NCBI GenBank assembly: GCA_038064875.1
Contig: JBBTSC010000001.1
Span: 55,369 to 119,368 of the forward strand
Length of the DNA: 64,000 bases
From: Patescibacteria group bacterium
Lineage (GTDB): Bacteria; Patescibacteriota; Saccharimonadia; Saccharimonadales; 2-12-FULL-41-12
Reading direction: 5' to 3'
Under the pieces are notes generated by a model that saw only the letters and a program-made list of their open reading frames with translations, had not been told where the DNA came from and did not search any database. Positions 37,879-46,984 of the stretch are shown in pieces; the stretch's first letter is position 1, and the number at the start of each line of letters is the position of its first letter. The position numbers were made by a program, and so were the translations under genes.

Positions 37879-39240
37879 TTATTGATCAACTTTATCAACT
37901 GAGTCTTTGGGTGGTTTGTGTCGGTCTGTTCGTTCTATGAACCAAAATTTCGTTGCGGTTCCTTGAAATCCGAACTCTTCACGTAGGAGTCTTTCAAGAT
38001 ATCTTTTGTAGCTCCAGTGCAAGAATCCCGTGTGTGAGCCAAAAATTTTGAAGCTTGGGGTTGGGTTGCCTTCTTCTTGTACCATATAGTTTAGTTTTGG
38101 ATTTCTATTTTTAAGTCCAGCAGGCGGGTGTTTGTTGATGCACTTCGCAAGCCAGTTATTAAGGTCTCTTGTCTTAATGACTTTTGCTCTAGCTTGGTGG
38201 ATTTCCAGTACTAGATCAAATAATTTAGTGACGTTCTGACCCGAAACACTACTGGTAAAAATGAGCGGAGCCCAGGGTACAAAGTCGAAGGTGTGAGCAA
38301 TTTGTGGAGCAAGTGAATCCCTAGTGTAGGCGTCTTTGTCTATGGAATCCCATTTGCTCACTACAAGTACAAGGCCCTTTCCGGCTTCTTTAATCATGCC
38401 TGCTAGTTTTTGATCAAGTGCAGAATTAAGCTCGTTGGCATCCATTAGAAGCAAACAAATCTCAGACTGTTCAATAGCTGAGATTGAGCGAATAACGCTA
38501 AATTTTTCAATACCTGTTTCTATCTTGCCACTACGCCGGATACCTGCGGTGTCTATAAGCTCGATAGTTTTTTGATTGTATTTGATATCGAGCTTGTTGG
38601 CATCGCGAGTGGTCCCTGCCCTATCTGCTACGATAGCTTGTTGCTTTTTGGCGAGTGAATTAAAGAGTGCGCTTTTGCCTACGTTGGGTCGTCCAATAAG
38701 ACTAACAGTGATAGTGTTAGGGTCTTTGTCAAAAGTTTTCTTTGGAATTTCGCTGATTAATTTATCAAGTAGATCTCTGATTCCTCTGTTCTGACTGGCA
38801 GTTGTTAGGAATATATCTTTTATCCCAAGTTTTTTGTATAGCTCAGGTTCTGGCTTTTTGACCTTATCGATTTTATTTACGATGAGATAGACTTGTTTTT
38901 TACTCTTGAGGGCTAATTTAGCTACACGCCGGTCTTCTTCGCTGATGCCAGCATCTGCTTCGATAACTACCCAGATGATGTCTGCACTATCGGTTGCTTG
39001 CAGGATTTGTTCTTGGATTGTGAACTCAAAATCATCCTCAGCATCTTTCATACCAGCTGTATCTATCAGCCAAAAGCTATGATTGTTGTATTCAGATTTT
39101 GCCCAAACACTATCACGGGTGGTCCCTGCCTCTCGTGCAGTTATGGCTTCATTTTTTCGTAGCACAGAGTTAAATAGACTAGACTTGCCGACATTTGCAC
39201 GGCCCACGATAGCGATAATAGGTAAGGTTTTTGAACTCAT
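37879..39240 (-). CDS. der: Ribosome-associated GTPase Der (EngA)
   Basis: Two G domains (GRANVGKSSLFN and GRPNVGKSALFN) plus a KH-like C-terminus. Confidence 0.92.
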   Translation of the reverse strand: MSSKTLPIIAIVGRANVGKSSLFNSVLRKNEAITAREAGTTRDSVWAKSEYNNHSFWLIDTAGMKDAEDDFEFTIQEQILQATDSADIIWVVIEADAGISEEDRRVAKLALKSKKQVYLIVNKIDKVKKPEPELYKKLGIKDIFLTTASQNRGIRDLLDKLISEIPKKTFDKDPNTITVSLIGRPNVGKSALFNSLAKKQQAIVADRAGTTRDANKLDIKYNQKTIELIDTAGIRRSGKIETGIEKFSVIRSISAIEQSEICLLLMDANELNSALDQKLAGMIKEAGKGLVLVVSKWDSIDKDAYTRDSLAPQIAHTFDFVPWAPLIFTSSVSGQNVTKLFDLVLEIHQARAKVIKTRDLNNWLAKCINKHPPAGLKNRNPKLNYMVQEEGNPTPSFKIFGSHTGFLHWSYKRYLERLLREEFGFQGTATKFWFIERTDRHKPPKDSVDKVDQ

Positions 39241-39307
39241 TTACTACATTATAACCTCTGATGGACATCTTGACAAGTAAAAAAATTTGTTCTAAAATAA
39301 TAAAATT

Positions 39308-40660
39308 ATGTCAGAATATGTTGTTTCGAAATATGGCGGGACTTCAATGGCTCAACCTGAAGTCGTTGCGTCTGTTGTTGAGTCGGATCCACGTCAGAAA
39401 GTTATTGTTGTATCTGCTCCTGGCAAATTGCAAGGTGATGATACAAAAGTTACCGATCTATTGATTGGCTATGCAGACAAGGTATATGGCAACAAAGAAG
39501 ATCCGAAAGAAGAACGAGATGAAATTGTTGAAAGGTTTGTCTCGGCATATAGCTCCCTGGGTGAAAGGGATATTTCAGTACTGAAAGATGATTTAAATGA
39601 TCAGCTTGAGGAACCCACTGCCCATATCTTCCCTTCCAAGGATGCAATTCTTTCTATTGGAGAAGAATTCAGTGCTAAATTTTTTGCACGGCTGACTGGC
39701 ACTAGATATGTTGACCCTCAGTTCTTTCGATTTAATCCCAATGGATTTGATCGGTCTAAGTCAGAAAAACTTATACTGGAGAGAGATTTATTGAGTCAGC
39801 CAGATAAAATAATAGTTCCGGGTTTTTATGGCTATCATGAAGCTGGTAATGTACGCTATGTATTTGATAGAGGTGGCTCTGATCGGAGTGGAGCAATATT
39901 AGCCGTAGCCTTGGGCGTTGATTACCAGAACTGGACAGATAAGAGTGGAATTTTTAGTGGCGACCCTTCGGTTGTATATAATCCAGCAGTTATACCTGTG
40001 CTGACTCGGGATGAGCTACGAGAAGGTGCTCATGGAGGAAATCCTGTACTGCAAGGCGACACAATAGTTGATTTAGCAGGAAGCAATACAGTCGTGAATA
40101 TTAGGAATACATTTGACGCAACCGCTGAAGGCTCTTTGGTTGTTCCCTCCCGGGAAGACCAAGAATTCGATCCAGAGAATATAGTAGTTGCTGTGACTGG
40201 CCGTGATGATGCAACTCAATTGACAGTTAGAGATATGGGTATGTCATCCAGGGTTGGGTACGTTGAGTCCCTGACTAAGAAATTAAAAGATGCTGGTGTG
40301 TCTTTGCAACACGTGCCAACTTCACAAGATACTCTTTCTATTGTTATCCACGATAACCCAGAATCAGACCTAGACAGATTAGCTGAATTGAGCAAATTCG
40401 TAGAAGGACATAGTGCAAGTGCAAATCCAAAAATAACTGTTGAGAAAAAAGGGATGGTTTATTTAATAGGAGAAGGTTTGCGGTCTGCTCACTATCAGCA
40501 AGCAAAAGCTATTAGAGCAATGCAGATAGCTGAGAGTCTAGGTATTGCAATAATGCCGGTTATAGCTCCGAACAGCCCAAGTATTGCTTTTGCAACAGAG
40601 CGAGGAGAAGTTGACAATCTTGTTCGTGAAATTCATAAAAAAGAAATTGAAAAACTCTAA
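39308..40660 (+). CDS. lysC: Aspartate kinase
   Basis: MSEYVVSKYGGTSMA, DRGGSDRSG and DKSGIFSGDPS, aligning with the LysC motifs. C-terminal ACT-like region. Confidence 0.8.
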   Translation: MSEYVVSKYGGTSMAQPEVVASVVESDPRQKVIVVSAPGKLQGDDTKVTDLLIGYADKVYGNKEDPKEERDEIVERFVSAYSSLGERDISVLKDDLNDQLEEPTAHIFPSKDAILSIGEEFSAKFFARLTGTRYVDPQFFRFNPNGFDRSKSEKLILERDLLSQPDKIIVPGFYGYHEAGNVRYVFDRGGSDRSGAILAVALGVDYQNWTDKSGIFSGDPSVVYNPAVIPVLTRDELREGAHGGNPVLQGDTIVDLAGSNTVVNIRNTFDATAEGSLVVPSREDQEFDPENIVVAVTGRDDATQLTVRDMGMSSRVGYVESLTKKLKDAGVSLQHVPTSQDTLSIVIHDNPESDLDRLAELSKFVEGHSASANPKITVEKKGMVYLIGEGLRSAHYQQAKAIRAMQIAESLGIAIMPVIAPNSPSIAFATERGEVDNLVREIHKKEIEKL

Positions 40661-41352
40661 TCTTCTAGTATTTTGTAATCATCTTGAAAATTGAGATCGT
40701 AATTACCTAAACTCGTTCGGTGGAGTTTTGTGACTTTGTAGCCAAGTGCTTCAAAAGTTCTACGGATCTGGCGATTCCTACCTTCGTACATAGTTATACT
40801 GAGTTCGCCCGGGTTCTTTCCTCTATCAATTATGAATTTGCTCAGTCCGTCGTCAAGAGTAATCCCTTTGTCGCTGATCATTTGTTGGTGCAGTGGCTCT
40901 AGATTTTTATCTAACGTAACATTATATATTTTAGCTTTGTGGTATTTTGGGTGAGTTAGTTGATCGATGATATCCCCGCTGTTAGTCATTAGTACCAGCC
41001 CAGATGAATCTTTATCTAGTCTGCCAGCTATCTTGAGCTCGCTAAAAGACTGGGGTAACAGGTCGTAAATGGTTGGACTGCCCTGCCCATCTCTACTGCA
41101 GACATAACCGGTAGGTTTGTTAAGAACAATTACTGTTGTCTTTTCTGGCTCTGATATCTCAGATACAAGCGAATATTGTTTGTTTGTTTTTGGATCAGAA
41201 AGTTCTATAACGTCGCCGGACTTAAGCTTGCATCCTAGCTCGGCATCTTTTTGGTTGACTGTTATAAGATTTTTTTCTATCAGACTGTCGACGTATCGCC
41301 TTGATAAGCCTGTTTTATTAGCAATAAATTTGTTTAGACGTATATCTTTCAA
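40657..41352 (-). CDS. rluB: RsuA/RluB-family pseudouridine synthase with S4 domain
   Basis: S4 N-terminus. Catalytic AGRLDKDSSGLVLMTNSGD. Confidence 0.85.
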   Translation of the reverse strand: MKDIRLNKFIANKTGLSRRYVDSLIEKNLITVNQKDAELGCKLKSGDVIELSDPKTNKQYSLVSEISEPEKTTVIVLNKPTGYVCSRDGQGSPTIYDLLPQSFSELKIAGRLDKDSSGLVLMTNSGDIIDQLTHPKYHKAKIYNVTLDKNLEPLHQQMISDKGITLDDGLSKFIIDRGKNPGELSITMYEGRNRQIRRTFEALGYKVTKLHRTSLGNYDLNFQDDYKILED

Positions 41353-43028
41353 AGCGAAATGCTACTGTTAGGATCTGGGGCGGGCGCTGGTGTAACAGGT
41401 ACGGATGGTGTTGTTGGTGGTTGTTCTACTTTACCTTTCGGGCTTATTACGGAGTTAGCTGGTGGATTTTCTAGTCCCGCCTTGGCTTGTTCTTTAGCGA
41501 GTAATTCATTGAGATCAGGCTTTGAGTTAAGGTCGTTGATTGGATTGATGGTCTTTCTGCCGTCTTGGTCCTCTATAATTCCTCCGGTGTTCGTTGGAGG
41601 GGGCGGTACTGTTTCCGGTTGGAATGAAGGTGGTGCTTGCGTTGGCGAGATCACTACAGGGTCTGGGACTGCATATGGATCTTCCTTTTTGGTCTCATCA
41701 GGTTTGGTTGACTCTTCTTCTTTTGGAGCAGGTGCTGATTCTGTTGTCGGTGTAATAACGCTACTTAGTTCCCCGCCGTTTGCAACAGTTGGTGCTGTTG
41801 AGGTTATTGTTGCGTCACTTCCGGTTGATTTTATTTCTTTTTCTAATTCTTTTTCTACATCTTCTAGAGCTTCATTTAGGCTTGGGCCAATAGCTGGTGT
41901 GGTAGGAGTCTCTGATTCGTTGTTTTGCCCTGGAAGCTCTGGTTTTGCCACAACTGGCTCGTCAGGTTCTGAAGTGCTAGATTGTGAATCGTCTGAGCTT
42001 GTTGGGCTATTGTCATCAGTAGGAGCTTGAACTGATGGTGAGCTTACTCCTGGTAGAGATCCTGCAGTGTCTTCTGCTGTGGCAGTATCGTCTGGCAGGT
42101 TGACTTGAATTGGTGAAGCTGGTTGATCGGTGGTAGCGTTGTCCGCAGATGGTATTGTTGCATCGGTTGAGTTAGTGGCTTGCTGATCGTCAGCTACTGG
42201 GGGTGTTGTAGACGTAGGGCTTTGAACAGGCTCACTAGGAGTGGGAGGAGTTTCGGGGACTATACTCTCAGGAGTCGGTGATTCAGAAGGAGTTACTATC
42301 TCTGGCTCTGGAGTGCTAGCTATTTCTTCTGATGGGTTCGCAGACGTATCGGCACTAGAAGTTGATTCTGTGACTTCTGGTGTTGGTGGAGTTGCTGGGA
42401 CTATTTCTGGTGCCTCTGTAACTGGTATCGAGCTAGCGACTGGTTCTGGTTGAGGATTGGTCGCAATCTCAGGTTGTTCCTCTGACGTTTCTGAAGTTGT
42501 TGGAGTAGGTTCTTCTTCTGTTGCAACTGGGCTTAGTGCAGGTGTATCGTCAGTAGTCTCTGTGCTTGAAGTGTTTGCTGGATCTTCCTGATCACCCAGG
42601 ACTTCTTTCACTGTCTTGACAACGTCTTCGAGAGTGACTTGTGATTTTACAAGGTATTTGTCAGCACCTAATTTGTTGGCTCTTTCCTGGTCTTCTGCTT
42701 GTGATAAGGCGGTCATCATAATAACTTTGGTATTTTGGGTTTCAGGAGCGTTCCTGAGGATATCAAGCATATCAAAGCCACTGATTTTAGGCATCATGAC
42801 ATCAGAAACTATAAGTTCAGGCTTTTCTTTGACTGCAAGTGCAAGTGCTTCTTCCCCGTCTTGAGCAAAAACTATCTCGTAACCTTCAGCTGACAAGCGT
42901 GCACCATAGATCTCTCTAAGATTGTTGTCGTCTTCAACCAGCATTATTTTTGTCATATTTTTGATCCCACTCTTTTCATTATTAAAATACTTACGGTTAT
43001 TGTACCACATTCTCCTGTTTTGCAACAC
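41349..43028 (-). CDS. Response regulator receiver (CheY-like) fused to a roughly 430-aa acidic Pro/Thr/Ser/Glu-rich low-complexity tail
   Basis: Receiver KIMLVEDD...LIVSDVMMP...KVIMMTA...KYLVK with phospho-Asp context. No output domain. The high-GC tail creates antisense ORFs. Likely start near 42956. Confidence 0.75.
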   Translation of the reverse strand: MLQNRRMWYNNRKYFNNEKSGIKNMTKIMLVEDDNNLREIYGARLSAEGYEIVFAQDGEEALALAVKEKPELIVSDVMMPKISGFDMLDILRNAPETQNTKVIMMTALSQAEDQERANKLGADKYLVKSQVTLEDVVKTVKEVLGDQEDPANTSSTETTDDTPALSPVATEEEPTPTTSETSEEQPEIATNPQPEPVASSIPVTEAPEIVPATPPTPEVTESTSSADTSANPSEEIASTPEPEIVTPSESPTPESIVPETPPTPSEPVQSPTSTTPPVADDQQATNSTDATIPSADNATTDQPASPIQVNLPDDTATAEDTAGSLPGVSSPSVQAPTDDNSPTSSDDSQSSTSEPDEPVVAKPELPGQNNESETPTTPAIGPSLNEALEDVEKELEKEIKSTGSDATITSTAPTVANGGELSSVITPTTESAPAPKEEESTKPDETKKEDPYAVPDPVVISPTQAPPSFQPETVPPPPTNTGGIIEDQDGRKTINPINDLNSKPDLNELLAKEQAKAGLENPPANSVISPKGKVEQPPTTPSVPVTPAPAPDPNSSISL

Positions 43029-44778
43029 TTACCGGCTGGGGGTTGGTTTGAGGGTTTTGGTTGATTGCATTTTGGGCTTGGGCGTAGTCTAGCCGTGGTA
43101 GATTTATGAAGAATGTGCTTCCTTTGCCCACTTCACTTTCTGCCCAGATTGTTCCACCATACAATTCAACAATCTTTTGACATATGAATAATCCTAGGCC
43201 CGTTCCGCCGATGGTGCGTGTTGCTGAATTATCGACTCTATAGAATTTCTGAAAAAGGTGCTTGAGGTCTTCTTTTGGTATGCCAGGGCCAGTGTCTTTG
43301 ACAAAAATCTGAATAATCTTTTCGTCGCCGGTAAGACCGAGGCTCACCTTCCCGCTATCAGTGTATTTAACTGCATTGTCAAATACATTTGTTATGACTT
43401 CGCGGATTCTATCTGGGTCTACCATTACGTAATAAACAGGTTCAACATTCTGAAGATACGAAGTTGTCGCTGTTGTATCTGTAGTACCACTGTGCGGGGT
43501 GTTCATGATAAGCTCTACTTCTAGTCCCTTTTTTTCCGCAGAAAAGTGTAGATCCTGACTAAGCTTTTCGATAAAGTCTCTCATCTCTACTGCGGTTGGA
43601 TGGCTTGTCAATCTGCCATCTTCCGCTTTTGCACTTGTGAGTAAGTCCTGAAAAAGTTTGCCGAGGTGTTGGGTACTTGAATGGGCTTTATCTAAGTAGT
43701 CACGAGCTTTGGAATCAATCGTGCTGACTTTGTCATTCATAGCTAGGGCTAGGTATCCCTCTATAGCTGCTACTGGTGTGCGCATCTCATGACTAGCTGT
43801 TGAGATAAATTCGGCTCTTTGTTGCTCTTGTTTTTTCTCTTGAGATACGTCGCGAAGCACCGCTATGGCTCCGACAACATTATCATGATGAGGCGGTACT
43901 ATAGGTGAAATCACTAGAGAGATGTAGCGTTTCTGGCTATCTTTGCCGAGGATCTCTACCGTAGCACTATAGTCTTTTTTATCCGCTAAGACTTTCCTGA
44001 AAGGGTGATTTACGAAGTCAACACTTTTGAGGGATTTACTGTCTTGCATGATATTAAGCACGGCTACACCATCAAAGCCTAATGCTTCTTTGACAGACCA
44101 GCCTACTATCTCAGAGGCTTTTTTGTTAATCAAGCTGACATTACCGACTTTGTCGATTACGATGATACCGTCTGCTATGGATTGGATAAGTATCTCGGCT
44201 TGTTTTTCTTTGCCCATAATCTCGCCTTTGAGATTGATTATTCTCTGGCTTTCCTGATCTATATATTGGTTTCTCCAAGCAAAAAAGGACATGATACAAA
44301 CTACATAGGTGACGATTACTGCTCCTATAGCTAAGATGTCAAAACCACCTTCTTTGGTTAGTACAGGAAGCATGATTATCAGGTATGTCGTGGTCAGAAG
44401 CCCAGACCCGATTATTGGAAAAATTCCGATTGTACCGGTGAAAAAGTACATTATCAAGAGGATAAAGTAATACCAAGAGTGCGCCCACCCAGTTACACTG
44501 AGCAGATGGATTACCCCAGCTAGTTGTATCAAGGAATAGATAAATGCTGCAAAATTTATGCCATTTATCCTTTCAAAATATCTGTAAAGTGTGACCCGAA
44601 ATAACAATATGGATATACCAATTACCAGGGTAATTAGATCCATTCCCCACTCTTCTGCTAGGAAATTGAGGCTAGGTATAAACATCGCTCCAAGAGAAAG
44701 AACGATGACAGTAATAGCGTTAAGGTTAATCCACCAGGCATAGCCGATATACCACCTTTTATCGACAGCTTCCATCAT
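42997..44778 (-). CDS. Sensor histidine kinase (multi-TM sensor, PAS, HisKA, HATPase_c)
   Basis: H-box FISTASHEMRTPVAAIEGY. G-boxes DTGPGIP and GGTGLGLFICQKIV. Confidence 0.85.
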   Translation of the reverse strand: MMEAVDKRWYIGYAWWINLNAITVIVLSLGAMFIPSLNFLAEEWGMDLITLVIGISILLFRVTLYRYFERINGINFAAFIYSLIQLAGVIHLLSVTGWAHSWYYFILLIMYFFTGTIGIFPIIGSGLLTTTYLIIMLPVLTKEGGFDILAIGAVIVTYVVCIMSFFAWRNQYIDQESQRIINLKGEIMGKEKQAEILIQSIADGIIVIDKVGNVSLINKKASEIVGWSVKEALGFDGVAVLNIMQDSKSLKSVDFVNHPFRKVLADKKDYSATVEILGKDSQKRYISLVISPIVPPHHDNVVGAIAVLRDVSQEKKQEQQRAEFISTASHEMRTPVAAIEGYLALAMNDKVSTIDSKARDYLDKAHSSTQHLGKLFQDLLTSAKAEDGRLTSHPTAVEMRDFIEKLSQDLHFSAEKKGLEVELIMNTPHSGTTDTTATTSYLQNVEPVYYVMVDPDRIREVITNVFDNAVKYTDSGKVSLGLTGDEKIIQIFVKDTGPGIPKEDLKHLFQKFYRVDNSATRTIGGTGLGLFICQKIVELYGGTIWAESEVGKGSTFFINLPRLDYAQAQNAINQNPQTNPQPVSVAKQENVVQ

Positions 44779-44817
44779 GACCTAGTTATTATATCTTAAA
44801 AACACTTATGTTTTAAT

Positions 44818-44976
44818 AGGCCTCTCTCAAAACCCCTCTCAACCCTAAACTACCCTTTCTGGTAAAACCCAGGCAAAGTTTCGCACCATGCCTATGGGCA
44901 TGCTTTGTCGCTTTGCCTGGGTTTAAAACTCAGAAAATATTGATTTTATGATTTGAGGGGGGTTTGAAAGAGGCCT
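44818..44976. repeat. Three-tier nested palindrome centred near 44895
   Basis: Outer arms are 25 nt (imperfect). The middle arms AAACCCAGGCAAAG/CTTTGCCTGGGTTT are perfect, as are the inner arms CATGCC-tatg-GGCATG. Lies between the umuC stop and the histidine-kinase start. Confidence 0.55.
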
Positions 44977-46294
44977 AATAGATTTTGGGTAGTTGTTGCC
45001 AATCTGTAGTGTAGCTAGGGCTAACATCTCTTTTTCTAGGCAACCACTTCTTCGATATGTCTTGTGTTGCATAGTGGATTTTTTCTCTGCCATATCTTTT
45101 GTTGATGCTATCTACATTTTTCATAAAACTATTCTTATCACTCTGTGACAGAGTTTCGTCACGGTCAAATAGGCCTATTTGTGGTATTTTTGCCTCGGAC
45201 ACTAAATCTGATAACACTACCCCAGCACGGTGGTACTGAACATGACTGTCGAAAATATCTAAAAATAATTGATTGGCTACGGATATCAGTTGGCCAGTAT
45301 TTGATGACGGGTAATTGAGTTGTAGTGATTTGGAATTTTTGGAATAATTATTTTTAAATCTACTTGAAGTGACAAAAATAGATATTCGCTGAGCTATTTG
45401 CTGATCTTTTCTGAGATTAAAGCCTGCCCTCGCTACGAGGTTGGCTATTGCTGACTGTACGTCATTGATTTCATTTGTGTCATGTCCAAATGTGCGAGTA
45501 GCGCTAATCATCTTTTGGGGCTTTGTGGTGACTTTTATGTTGTAGCATGCGGTGCCTTTGAGCTCTAAGAATAATCTTTCTCCCATCACAGATCCAGTTA
45601 TTTGTCGGATTTTGGACCTGCTGGCGTTTGCTATATCTAGTGCATTGCCAAAGCCTTCTATACGGAACTTTGGAGCGTTCTTACGCCCAATCCCCCAGAT
45701 ATCTTCAATCTTTATCTCTCTCAAGCGTTCATCTTGTGGTTTAAGGATGGCAACGCCGTTTTTGTTAGAGATTTTTTTGGCGAGTTCGCTGGCTAGTTTT
45801 GCGAGTGTTTTGGTTGGTCCAATGCCTATTGATACCGGGACGCCAATATGTCGAAATATCATATCGCGTAACTCTCTGCCCCACCGCTCATAGTCGTCTA
45901 TTTTGATATCAGAAATATCTAGAAATGACTCATCAATTGAATAGACCTCCATGATTGGTATTTGACTGGATAATAGTTCTGTTATGCGCCTAGATATATC
46001 ACCATATAGATGGAAGTTGGCAGAAAATAAAACGACGTTGTTCTCTTCAATAGTGTTTTTATACTTAAACATTGGTGCCCCCATTGGTATACCAATAGCC
46101 TTTGCCTCATTGCTTCTGGCAACAGCACAGCCATCGTTACTGCTCATGACGACGACCGGCTTATCCGCTAGATCAGGGCGAAAAATCCTCTCGCAAGATA
46201 CAAAGAAATTATTACAGTCGACAAGTGCAAAAATTTTCTCTTTTGTCACTTTTTTCCTCTGCGAAGGTGTATGGTAGCTGTCACTACACCCCAT
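44975..46294 (-). CDS. umuC: Y-family translesion DNA polymerase UmuC-like
   Basis: IFALVDCNNFFVSCERIFRPDLADKPVVVMSSNDGCAVARSNEAKAIGI aligns closely with the UmuC N-terminus. The 5' 49 nt overlaps umuD'. Confidence 0.85.
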   Translation of the reverse strand: MGCSDSYHTPSQRKKVTKEKIFALVDCNNFFVSCERIFRPDLADKPVVVMSSNDGCAVARSNEAKAIGIPMGAPMFKYKNTIEENNVVLFSANFHLYGDISRRITELLSSQIPIMEVYSIDESFLDISDIKIDDYERWGRELRDMIFRHIGVPVSIGIGPTKTLAKLASELAKKISNKNGVAILKPQDERLREIKIEDIWGIGRKNAPKFRIEGFGNALDIANASRSKIRQITGSVMGERLFLELKGTACYNIKVTTKPQKMISATRTFGHDTNEINDVQSAIANLVARAGFNLRKDQQIAQRISIFVTSSRFKNNYSKNSKSLQLNYPSSNTGQLISVANQLFLDIFDSHVQYHRAGVVLSDLVSEAKIPQIGLFDRDETLSQSDKNSFMKNVDSINKRYGREKIHYATQDISKKWLPRKRDVSPSYTTDWQQLPKIY

Positions 46295-46560
46295 GGTTCA
46301 GTTTGACTAGCGAATTTCTCTAGGGAAAATTGATCATCAGCGATTACTGCGACTAAGTCGCCCTTTTTCGGCGATAGTGCGCGGTCAATTATGGCAATAT
46401 CATTTTTATAGATGCCAATATCTTCCCACTGCGTGGCCTCTACATTGAATAAATAGGTGCTGACACTTGATCTGATAAGTAGCTTGTTGAGATCGAGCGG
46501 TGTGCTGTCGGCATCTAAGCTAGCGTTTGGAAACCCCTTGTTTATGCGAACATTATCCAT
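46246..46560 (-). CDS. umuD: UmuD'-like S24 protein: natively N-terminally truncated, catalytic Ser replaced by Thr
   Basis: Aligns to E. coli UmuD from G25 (GFP...LDLNKLLI...GDLVAVIADDQFSLEKF). GDSM is replaced by EATQ. An in-frame stop lies 14 codons upstream of the ATG. Internal deletion of about 27 aa. Confidence 0.7.
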   Translation of the reverse strand: MDNVRINKGFPNASLDADSTPLDLNKLLIRSSVSTYLFNVEATQWEDIGIYKNDIAIIDRALSPKKGDLVAVIADDQFSLEKFASQTEPWGVVTATIHLRRGKK

Positions 46561-46609
46561 ACCTATATAGTACTCAGTATATGGTCCACAGTAAACAAAT
46601 GATCAAAGT

Positions 46610-46981
46610 CTAGATTTCAATTTGATCGATAAACCCTGCAAGTTCTACGGGTGTAATTTCTGCCTTTATCAGGTAGCCGTCGGCATCTTTTTCTATAGAT
46701 TTGCGAGTTTCTTCGTCATGCTCTAGGTTGGTGGCTATAATGATTTTGCTTTTGATCTCTGGATGTTCATATTTTATTTTCTTCAAGATATCAACACCTA
46801 GGATCCCCGGAACCATGATATCGAGCAAGATAATATCGAAATTGCCTGTGAGTGCTTCTTCTAGGCCTTTGTCGCCTGATTCGGCAACAGTTACCATATA
46901 TCCAGCTTGCAAAAGCGCTCTTTTATAGAGTTCGCCGATGAATTTCTCATCTTCTATAATCAGTATTTTCTTTGCTTCCAT
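46610..46981 (-). CDS. Single-domain response regulator (CheY-like)
   Basis: KILIIEDE...IILLDIMVPG...KIIIAT...GYLIK. Confidence 0.85.
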   Translation of the reverse strand: MEAKKILIIEDEKFIGELYKRALLQAGYMVTVAESGDKGLEEALTGNFDIILLDIMVPGILGVDILKKIKYEHPEIKSKIIIATNLEHDEETRKSIEKDADGYLIKAEITPVELAGFIDQIEI

Positions 46982-46984
46982 GGG

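Noticed and set aside
41359-42030. 223-aa Gly/Ser-rich plus-strand ORF (and 42241..42453, 42616..42864)
   Set aside because: Antisense to the Pro/Thr-rich tail of the response regulator. An artefact of GC-rich repetitive coding sequence.
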